Positions 13,171 to 23,420 of a stretch of 64,000 nt of DNA are shown here, one piece after another (the first letter of the stretch is position 1; each line of letters starts with the position of its first letter). Below the pieces are notes generated by a model, which saw only the letters and a program-made list of their open reading frames with translations, made no database searches and was not told the origin of the DNA. This stretch comes from Heterodontus francisci (lineage: Eukaryota), in contig NC_090390.1 in NCBI RefSeq assembly GCF_036365525.1, forward strand, positions 56,650,153 through 56,714,152, in the 5' to 3' direction. The position numbers were made by a program, and so were the translations under genes.

Positions 13171-13826
13171 TCAAACTGGCCACGTTTACATTCTATCTTT
13201 AAAAAATTGTATACGTAACCCATAAGACGAGCAAACCAAACAAGTTTGTCAATTTGCTGACAAAACAGAGAGATCAAATATGCAGTAAAAGAACTGCAGT
13301 AGTATTTAGACTGGCTTTTCAATTGGGAAGTAAACAGCAAATCACAATCAATATTTATAAATGTTTTGCACAACAGTTAAATGTTACACACCATAAATAA
13401 CTAGTGAACTAGCATGATACTGTATGTTGAACAGGATGATAGCAGACTGTTACAACATTCAGGCAATGCATCTAAGCACTTAGATATTAGCAGAATGCAA
13501 GAACAGTACAGTACAAATCTCCAGTTTATGCCAAGACTTTCTAGAGCATTAGTTAGAGCTCGAAAAAATATACTGCAGGCAATTCTGGTGACTTCATAAA
13601 CACATACATGCTTTGGAGGTGGTGAACAAATATGCGTCTTGCAGCTGTAACCAAGTCATGAATGGTACATTGCTTCCTAGGTTCCAGTGTAAAAATAGAA
13701 TGGAGTGCAAAAGATTTGAGATGGTAGAGGAACAACCAGAGTTTTGATTCATATTGGAACCCTTACACACAGGAAACAGAATTGAGGCCCTGGAAAGGGA
13801 ATTAGAGCAATTACAAAAGCACGATG

Positions 13827-14185
13827 TGCATTTATCTAACGTTTTTCACAACCTCAGAACTCCCAAAGCACTTTGCAGCCAATGTAGTACTTTCTTTTTT
13901 CGAAGTGTAGTCATTGTTGTAATGTAGGAAACATGACAGCCGATTTGCACACAGCAAGTTCCCACAAACAGCAATGCAATAATGACCAGAAATGTTTTTA
14001 GTGATGCTAACTGAGGGATAAATATTGATCTGGACACCATGCCATGGGATCATTTATATCTAAGAAACAGAGTGGACCGAGCCTCGATTTAATCTCTCAT
14101 CCAAAAGGCAGCCCCTCCAACAGTGAAGCACTTGCTCAGTACTACACTGGAGTATCAGGCTAGATTTTTGTGCTCAACTCTCTGG
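13827..14185 (-). mobile_element. DeuSINE (SacSINE1-like)
   Basis: Homologous to 113-421 and extends further into the Deu domain (CCAGTGTAGTACTGAG...GCTGCCTTTTGGATGAGA). Confidence 0.8.
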
Positions 14186-14349
14186 CAAGATGGATGAAAG
14201 ATCAAGATCCCAAGGGTATTAAATCTTGAATATCATGTGTATCAGGAGTAATCTATATCGGAAAAATAAAATAAAAGGAGTTAAAATTTTTGGCTACACA
14301 AATTGAAGGCAAGGAAAGAAAAGGTTTGGATTCTTCAAACATTGTCATA

Positions 14350-14640
14350 GCGATGGCCTGGATTGGAATGACAAAGCTGGGACCAACATCCTCAAACTTG
14401 ACGTGCAACCAATGATCTGGAGAGGGATTAAACTAAAGTGGCAAGAGAAAGGAAAACACAAGGAAGCAAAAAAGTAGACGGTATGAGAAAAACAAGAACA
14501 AACTAGAAAGGAGGGGTGGATTAAAATGAATAGGATTACCAAACAGAGATCACATTTGAGTTTAATGTATATAAATGCACAAATTATTGCGAATCAAACT
14601 GGGGTGCTCTAGGCATAAAATGCTATGTGGGGTATGATAT
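14350..14640 (+). mobile_element. CR1 ORF1-end/ORF2-start fragment
   Basis: DGL.....AGTNIL...GEGLN* esterase-like ORF1 end followed by a Y.NA..I endonuclease start. Confidence 0.55.
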
Positions 14641-14765
14641 TAACAGATGTGGCTTAGGCTAACTGGAAGTATTACTCACTACTCAAAACATATCCATGGA
14701 GCGACTACGTAAAATGTTTTTCAACTCTGAATCATAATTCAGTGTCAAAATAAATCGCTTCTTAC

Positions 14766-14960
14766 ATGAAAAGCGCAGTCCAGGACAGCTGCTGAATGCT
14801 GGTACTTCAGGCGCATGTTATTTGATGTGATATCATACAAACGGACAGTGCAGTCCCAAGATGACACCAATAGGAACTGAGAGGTGTTTGGGCTGAACTT
14901 AATGGCAGAGATCCCATCTTCAGGGCACTGGTTGAGTTTGAATTCATTTGAGCCAGTCAT
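14766..14960 (-). CDS. BUB3: BUB3 first coding exon (exon 2, 195 bp), mitotic checkpoint WD40 protein
   Basis: MTGSNEFKLNQCPEDGISAIKFSPNTSQFLLVSSWDCTVRLYD...AVLDCAFH; acceptor TTCTTTTCAG directly before the ATG; donor GTAAG. Confidence 0.97.
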
Positions 14961-16369
14961 CTGAAAAGAAGCAATACAATATTTCAGTAAGATCTGTACT
15001 AACCATTGACAAACTTAAAACACAGGTTAGAGAGCTAGTAGAGGGGATTGATTTATTACAACTACCAATAAAGATTACTGGCCTAATGTAAATATCACTC
15101 AGTACTTTGGAGGAAAAGGAAGGATGAAGCATGCAATCAATTCAACCAAGTACACCAGAGCTTATTGTTCTCTCTGATTACTGTATCAACTGCATTGACC
15201 ACTCTCTTCCTTAAACATGACAGAATGAACGAGGGAAAAATTAACCAGTTACAAGAGTGATCAGAAGAGTCTACTGGGTCCTCTTTCTTCCAAAAATAAT
15301 AAAATCCAGAACTGACTTACTGAAAATGGTTCCCTCGCAACTGTCAGTGCACAAGGAAAAATAAAAGCTGAATCATACTTTTTTCATAATAATTGTCGAT
15401 TCCAATGGAAGATGAAATTATCAATGTTGCGAAAATGCAAAACAATAGGGCCACCACCCATATCTGTTCAATGCAGCGGTCAGACTATTACAATAGAAGT
15501 AGCATCGGCTTATAGTCAAGTATTTATGACTTTAGGCCTTGGCGACCTGAAGGGCACTGCAGTATCAATTGGCTCATGTGCAGCATAAACACTGGCATGG
15601 ACGTGTTGAGCTGAATGGCCTATTTCTGTGCTCTAAATAATTTGTAATCAATCCTGTAACATGTTATGCAGGCAAATTAAAGCAGCTGTTTTGGTCAATT
15701 TGTTCAAACATTGAGAAATGAACAAAATGCAACTTATTTTCCTCTTTAAATTAGATGATTTTTAAAATTTTACCTAAAATGACTGGAAGCATTCTCATCA
15801 ATGCTCATGTCCTGTGCTTTGTCCCTTGACCTGCTACACTGTTCCAATGAAGTTCAATGCAAACTCAAAGTACAGTCCCTCAACTTTCTACTAGACACTT
15901 TATGTTCCAGCCTTAACATTACATCTTAACCACTGCTCCCATTTTCTCTCAGCCAGCAGGTGCCAGCTCTTGAAGTGCTGGTTGGTGCGAAAGATGGGTT
16001 CACATGTGGGTAGGGACCTCCAACAGCAGTGGGAAAATCTGCACTTCTGGGGTCGACCTGCCTTTCCCAGGTCAAGGAAACCCCTTGGCATTGATAGATT
16101 TCTCATGTTTTGTCACCTACCTACTGTTATCATTTATACCTATTCTGGATTCATCTTTTATTTCTATACTCGCCCCTTTATTACTCCCTTTGGCCTTGGA
16201 CCATCGCCCCTTCGTCACTGAATTACTGCTGCCCTCCAACCTATAACAGATCTTTCCCTAGATTAAACTTATTAGCAAAATGTGAGATTTCAGACAAATT
16301 TCTCTTAAAGCAGTTCACTGGAAAGAAGCAGTCACCTATTTTTTGGAGTGTTAATGACAAGTTATAGTA

Positions 16370-17090
16370 CCATCTCCATCTAAGCTCCCCTACCCATAAT
16401 CACAGCTACCTCCTCAACCTCACCGGTTCCCATAACCTCTCTGCTCCAATATTCCTTCAAGTAAAAGCTGCACCAGTATCTGGAATAGGTAATAACTTCA
16501 ATATCCTAGTCAATACTCATCAGAGCATTTGACCCCATAACTTATCATAAAGACCACCTGCTGCATCACCCACCTCCCTCCCTACATTAGACAATTTGCT
16601 ATTGAAACGCTCATTCAGGGCTTTATCGCCAGTTCCAATGTTCTCTTGGGCTGCTTTCTCCCTCTGTATACCACAGCTCATCAAAAACTTTGGTGCTCAT
16701 ATCCTATCCCACACCAAGTCCCACTTGCCCATCACCTCGATCCTTACTGACCTACATTGTCTTCCAGTGCGACATTTCCCAAAAACCTAATTTAAAATCC
16801 TCATCCCTCTATCCAGAACAACCCACAGTCTCACCTCTCCTCATCTCTTTCTCCAAACCTACACCCCCTCCAAAGCCTCCATTTATCCTTCCCGCCATTG
16901 GCAGCAATGTCTTCAGCTATCCAAGTCATCCTTTCATCTCTTTCCTCCTCTAAAACCCACCTCTCACCAGTTTTTTTTGGTCACCTCTTCTAATAACCCC
17001 CTCCCCCTTTTGCTTGGTGTACATGTTTTGCCCTGCACCTTTGTGTAACAGATTGGGAGATTTTTCTACGTGATATAAATGAGAGTTGTC
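16370..17090 (+). mobile_element. L2 LINE 3' fragment
   Basis: QLIKNFGAHILSHTKSHLPITSILTDLHCLPV..FKILI, matching the L2 RT C-terminus (LQ..QN.AAR...ITP.L..LHWLP). Confidence 0.8.
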
Positions 17091-17559
17091 AAATCTATTT
17101 GCTTAGTTATTTGGGCCCACGTCTCTCCAGGTCAAAGGGTACAGTGGATATTCTTAGGCTAACGTAACAGTCATTGTTCCAGATTGTCTGGGAAACAAGC
17201 AGGGGTGCTGTCTGCCCATAAAATGGTGTCAGTGACAGAAGAGAAATATTTATGCACTGTTGCAGGCTTCACTTTTATTAGATATATACAATTTTAGCAA
17301 ATTATTGGTGAATCAGCCATATGATCGCTAGCAAAAGCTACGGATCGATACAGCAACTTAAAACATTTAAGTATAAAACTATTAACGAGATTGCTGCTTG
17401 AAGAAAGGTATTAATAATTGGGAACTGAATTTCAACGGTGCCGCACAAATAAAATGGCCGCCATACTGAACTAATGTGCATGCTGGCACTTAATTTCCGA
17501 CCGGATTTCAAACTCAAAAACAAATCCCCTTCACTTTGATGACTATTAAAAGGCATTTA

Positions 17560-18200
17560 TTTGACGGAAGCGCAACAAGGGATCGCATCGCACGGGCTGT
17601 GTTGAAGATGTTAAAACTCCACATACTCTCCCTGTCAACAGAGTCCGGCCGGACTCCCATTGAAACTGAACCACATGCCCCACCTCAGGCCTGCGGCCTA
17701 CCCGCAGCCGGCCGACCGGTGGTGATTCGCTGAACGGAGCGACGTGGCCCCAGCCTCCAAAACAGACAGTGAGGGAAGGGAGATCGCGCCGGTGGTAACC
17801 AGGAGGAAAGCCGCCTGTGATGCGGCCTACTACCACCAGCAGCCCGGCCTACACGACAGCCGCTGTCCCCGTCACCTACCTCCCGCCTCTCCTGTTTTCT
17901 GTCCCTTTTGACGGAATAACTGAATTTAAACCAACACTGATTTCCACTTCGATTGTTCCAGAACGCGCGCTGCTGCTTCACTCGCGCGCCGCCCGCCGTC
18001 ACCGGTCACAATCCTTTTTCCTGATTGGTCGGTTTGAATCCGAACCACTTTGGCGCGCCTCGTATGACCCCTTGCCTAATCCCCGCCCCCCGGGCCCAAT
18101 GTAGCTCACGTGACTGCGCTCCACGCTGATTCATTCCTTCAAGCTGCAAGATCCCAACTTCAACTTGAACCAGTATGGTCCGCTTTAAGCGGGAAATTGC
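17560..18200 (-). promoter_or_regulatory. BUB3 CpG-island promoter with cell-cycle motifs
   Basis: CCAAT boxes 18024-18028 and 18096-18100, CHR-like TTTGAA 18033-18038, E2F TTTGGCGCG 18049-18057 and GCGGGAAA 18189-18196, GC box 18081-18089, E-box TCACGTGA 18106-18113. Confidence 0.8.
17880..17990 (-). other. BUB3: Probable BUB3 non-coding exon 1 (transcription start approximate)
   Basis: Strong donor GAG|GTAGGT at 17880/17879 inside a CpG island; exon 2 starts at its ATG, so an upstream UTR exon is required. Confidence 0.7.
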
Positions 18201-21200
18201 AAATCAGGAGACTGCACTGAAACGCGTGTTTTGTTTTAACAAAGGGAAAGTCCTGTAAAGGGAACATCAGTCAACAATTTTGTTTGCAGGTTTTCGTAAA
18301 GGGCAAGAACGCGACTTTGTAATGTTTGCGACTTTAAAAAACGCTAACAGTTCAACTCCTTTGGAAGCGTTACATTTGCAGACATAAAATAGTAACGTAA
18401 ATGTTAAAATATTGTAAACCACTATATTAAATTGAACCATTACGGTTTCGATTTTCAACCACGGAGGAAGTAACTCCTGGTTTTAATGACAATGCAATGC
18501 AGTAACGTGAATGCATACGTTGAGGGTATCAGTAGTATTAAAGTAATTAAGATATAACGTGTATACATAATAGATGAATGTTACCTTAGTGGTTAGTTAT
18601 CTAGTGCTTTCCGGACATTCAATACCATGAGTTAATGTGCATTTATTATCCATGCATGTTATTCAGACTTATTATTAATACTATTAAGCTATGACTATAA
18701 ATAGTCATATACATTTGCATTAGTATTGTTAACATTTAATATCTGTACTTTCATTTAGTGTACATCATTTTTCCGTAATTCAATTTGTGATACTTATATC
18801 ATATTTGATAATGTACTTGTAGGTTCTCCTGTTATTTCTGTAAAAAATGCGATTTTCTCCCAAATGATCCAACGAATGAATGCTAATGAAGATTTTCGAT
18901 TTGTCCTCAGTTCGTTATAATGATTTTCTTGTTCCAGGACGTCCCATATTTGCAAAGCATTATTTACAAACGCCATGTTTCTGGATAATATCAGTTCTGG
19001 TTGAGCATTCTTATTTAAATTCCAAAAGTATTATATAAAGATGTCTTAGTATATTGCGTTTAAGTAAAGTTTGACTCTAGTGCGGAGCCCACTTTCAGTG
19101 TTTATGATTAGTAATCCACATATATGCAGACACAAAGTACGTTAGATTTGAATAAAAATATTTGAATGAAAATAGCGCAAACTTCCCTTTGTCATGTATC
19201 ATATTACATAGATGTTACCATCTTTAAACATAATTTATTTAATTAAAATCATAGTTTTCATGTATTGCTACTTTTAACTTTTTTCTGACAGATCTGGTAC
19301 ATGCTTTAATACCCTGTGTTTTCGCAGACCGTAAATTAAGTTCCCAAATACGGTCTAATATTCTACTAAAATGTTCAAATGCAAATTAATCAAATTACGT
19401 CCTGTTGTTTTGAACTGCGCTGTTATGCAACATGTGGGTGGAAGTTCACACTACATATTTACAGCACTAACAATAAGAAATCCTATGCACCCTTCAAATA
19501 CAGGAACTTACTGTTATTATCTTAGTTAATGTTCAATATAGTAGAAATAAACGTAGATGTAGTATTTCGTAATGAAGGTGAGCATTTAGTAGAAGAAATA
19601 TGTTACTCTGTCCAAGTTTTGATAAAAGGTTAGAGAAAAACAAATTGTTAGTTGCAGTTCGTTCTTCTGAGCTGTTGATTAAACGATGTTACATTTAATT
19701 TAAACAATAAATATTGTGGCAGTTTGCATTAATGCTGATAGATACTATATATTTATATGTTCAACTGAAGGGCGTGCAAAAATGTGGAATTTCAAACTGG
19801 AGATAAGGGCTATATACCACATTATTAAAGGATCATGCACGTTGATCGCCAGTTAATTTCAACAATAGTTGAAGGTATTGATCGTTTCTTTTAGAAACGT
19901 TTAAGTAAAATATCTGTGTTAACTAAGGAGAAATGTCAACGTACGCTTTGTAAAGCGGCGCATGACCGTAATAATAATACACGTGCACCATATCTATGTT
20001 AGTTTTCCAGCTTTTCGTATTCTTGATTATTTGTTGCATCAAAAATTTATAAATGCGCCTAAACTGTTATACACTTGAAGTTTTTTTTTTAAGAGGCGTA
20101 CTATGCTATCTTGTCTCTGTTAAAGGTAATTTTCGACCACGGCCCTCTACACAGTTACTTCAAAAATGCAGTTTGCCCTTTTCTATTATTTAAGACTGTC
20201 ATTCTGTTGGAGTGAATAAAGAAATACGTTTTAACGTTTTTGCAACCGAGGTGAATAGTGCGAAAAGGTGCTTTCACATATTATTTAAATTAAAAATACT
20301 GCATCCCAAGATTTTAATTAAATGCTCTGAAGTAATCTTTGCCTAATGCATTACTCTGAAAATGCGAATCTAAATTTATTCCTCATATCAAAGGTACTAC
20401 ATTTAATAAGCAAAATATTTGAAATGTCCATTATTGTACGCTTTAATTGCATTGTTATCTTTTCTGTAAGGTTTGTATGTTAATTGTAATAAGTCATAAG
20501 ATTTGGAAGTGCTATTTGTGAGAATTGCCAACTTATAATTTACACAGTAAATTTCACCGTTGAGCTAATAGCAACACATTCAGATTGCTTTTCGGCAACA
20601 TTACACGCAACGTTCTACATATTTCTTTTCTGTTTCAGGTTTTAATTTTATTAATTTATCATATGAACAAAATATCCTTAAATTATGTTCGACATGTCAT
20701 ACACATCTGTCTGCATTTCATTTGTAAGTGCCATTATGTCAGTGTTGCTTTCGGTGCCGTGAGTGAAATAGCTCTCAATGTAAAAAATAAACCAAACTAT
20801 GCGAATGGTAAACATGTATATTGTTCCTTTTGTCATTGTTAACTATTAATTTTCCTTGTCAAAAATTAATTGGAATTCCTTTTTGACAAAATAGCAATCA
20901 CCAAAGTTGAACAATATCCTCAGATCAGATGTATATTTTATGGTTTCCTGTTAGTTATCAAGAAATATTCTTAAATTCGGTACAGTACATCATTTTCTTC
21001 GTGTGTTTTTTAATATTCTGAAATATCTATTTTGATGTGAACATTTTTAGCACAATGCACCCATCTGCAATTGGAATTAAATAAGAATTATCAAATAAGA
21101 AACTGCAAAATAATCCATATATACACTGTATATTTAATACAATTTATAGAGAAGCACATTGTCTTTATAATTATGCAAGTGGCTGCATATAAGAAAGATA

Positions 21201-21282
21201 TATTTTAAACAGATACGGATATTATATATAAATATACAATTTAATTGTTAAACAATTATAAAGAGACGTGGAGCAGAAAATG

Positions 21283-21824
21283 TCAGTATTCGATTTTGTT
21301 GTAGAGATTGTAGAAGGGAAGAGCTGTAAGGTTGTTGCCCGGGTAGTACAAAGGAGCTGGGAACGCAATTGATCTGGGGACTGGAACCCTCAAAAGGGAA
21401 TTGTCTCTGAAAACTAGAGGCATTCCTACTAGAGTCTGCGCTGACGCGTGGGCCATGTTGGCCGCCTCGAGTTCTGCTGAGAGCTGTCGCTTCCACTTGT
21501 TCCTGCGGTTCTGAAACCAGGTTTTGACCTGGGTCTCTGTGAGCTGGAGGCTGGTCGCGAGGCAAGCTCTTTCCGAGCTGCTCAGGTAACGTTTCATGTC
21601 GAAGGTGGATTCCAGTTGGTAGACTTGGCTCCGAGAGAAAACCGTACGAGTCTTCTTCTTGGTCGCATTCCCTTGTCTGTCTCCCTCCCTCTGTCTGTCT
21701 GTCGATGTCTGCATGCAATTTTTTTCCTTCTCTTCCTTGTAAACCTGACCATCTTGCGACAGGTACTGCTGCTGCCTTCTCTCAGTACTTTCCTGCCCAG
21801 CGGTGCCGACTCCTTTAGAATTAC
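21283..21824 (-). CDS. HMX2: HMX2 (Nkx5-2) exon 2, homeodomain
   Basis: [78 protein letters not shown]...YNLYNKIEY*; acceptor TTTTAG, phase 1. Confidence 0.97.
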
Positions 21825-22909
21825 CTAAAAAGCAGAAAAACAAGGCATGTCTCAGATATATTCTTCGTTAGCTTTGTAGTCCTCATCTTTTTACTACATC
21901 TCTCCCTTTATGTATTAAAAGAAAACTCACGCGATGTCTATACGCCAAGAATAACTGACCGACACATACAGTTCACATTCATTTTGATATTTTTTTTCTG
22001 GTCTAAAGTGGAGGCATGCATGACATGTATCACTGTTTGAAAACTTGATACGTGAAACAGCCTTTAAATATAATTCAGTTTATAAGGGTTCAATGGGCAG
22101 CAAGAGAATGAAGTTTTTAAGATTGGGTGAAAAGGAAACGTGTTTTTCCAACTCTGTAGCTATCTATTTACTGAATTCGCAAACAATCCTTAATATGCTC
22201 CACCTGTACTTTCTTAATTTACTATTTTCCTACATGCCGCTGCTTGACTCCGTTATTCAGGCTTTGTAAACGCTTAAAGATGCCCAATTTGTATTGTAAT
22301 TTACGATATTAAATTTGATTAAAATAAGTAGTCATGTAAGTACATTATAACCCAGAACCAATGTGGTGTGAATGATGGCAGGGGCAGGACAGCTATCGTA
22401 GTCTCTTACAAGGGGCTTCCAGTCATAAGGTAACCGTCAAACTTCAATCCTTGAATTCTATTTACGAAATGGCTGTGCCATTTTATGAAATGCTAAATTG
22501 CTGGTGTCGAAAGAAAATCGTGCCCGTTTTTTCTGTCCGCAGTAAAATATGAAATGTCCTTCACCGACTAAATCCATCCAAAGTATTAGAGTCCACAGCT
22601 GTCTGATCTGCTGAGAGTTTCTAGCATTTTCGGTTTTTATTGTGAGTCACTGTTGACTTGAAATGGGTGGAAAATGTTGATGTATGCTTGGGCGTTAGCG
22701 ACAGTCGAGTAAAACTATGGGTAATTACAGAACAATTTATATATATATATAGCTATAAATAAAAACCGTTTCAATCTAATTTAAAGTTAACATGATAATA
22801 AGAGCAAGCGCATTATGTTTCTCAAATAAAATAATTTTTCCAAACTATGCACAAAAAGGAGTTGAGAATAATGGTGCACGGTAAATATAAAGGATTCTGC
22901 TTTACTTAC

Positions 22910-23174
22910 TCACACAAGTGTAGCTGATAGTCTGGTGTCTGCGACAGGGCTGTGTGGGACCAGAGTCAGAACAGAAGCAGGCTAGGTCTTTGTATCCTTC
23001 CTCAGTTAACTCTTCGTCGGAGGAGTCGGATAAACAGCGCTTCCTGGCATTTACTTTTGCATTGTCTTTGCAACCTGTGCGTTCTTCCTCCGACGAGGTC
23101 CCAAGTATGGACTGTATCGTAAAGCTGGAGATCGGGGCTGGAGAACACTTTGTGATGTCGTCTTTGCTGCTCAT
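22910..23174 (-). CDS. HMX2: HMX2 exon 1 (coding part)
   Basis: MSSKDD...SSFTIQSILG (eh1 motif)...ARKRCLS.SS.EE...ACFC; donor A|GTAAGT phase 1; 265+542 nt gives 268 aa. Confidence 0.95.
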
Positions 23175-23329
23175 TCTGCGTTCATAAAAAAGGAAAATAA
23201 ACTTACTTACAACCGCTTGCAGAAGTGTTAGACGGCGTATATTGTTGTGGCTTTGTTCTGCAGTCGTTTTCCCTGAGCATGCACGGGCTGAATGCATTCT
23301 CTGCGTCCCGTAAACCTGTATTGATCTGC

Positions 23330-23420
23330 TGCCTAGTCAGTGGCGTTGGCTGATTTGCATGTAGGTTTGAGTTGCTGCAGCCAATCAAAAACAGCAGTCA
23401 GTCCCGGAAATTTTGAACTT
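23330..23420 (-). promoter_or_regulatory. Putative HMX2 proximal promoter
   Basis: Octamer ATTTGCAT 23353-23360, CCAAT 23381-23385 and an ETS-like CCGGAA, ~180-230 bp upstream of the ATG. Confidence 0.5.

Noticed and set aside
21248-21718. 156-aa alternative-frame ORF and antisense ORFs over the HMX exons
   Set aside because: By-products of GC-rich homeobox coding sequence.
21283-23174. Identity as SOHo-1/HMX4 instead of HMX2
   Set aside because: The ERACLA and VKTWFQN residues, the C-terminal YNLYNK and the position between HMX3 and BUB3 all indicate HMX2.
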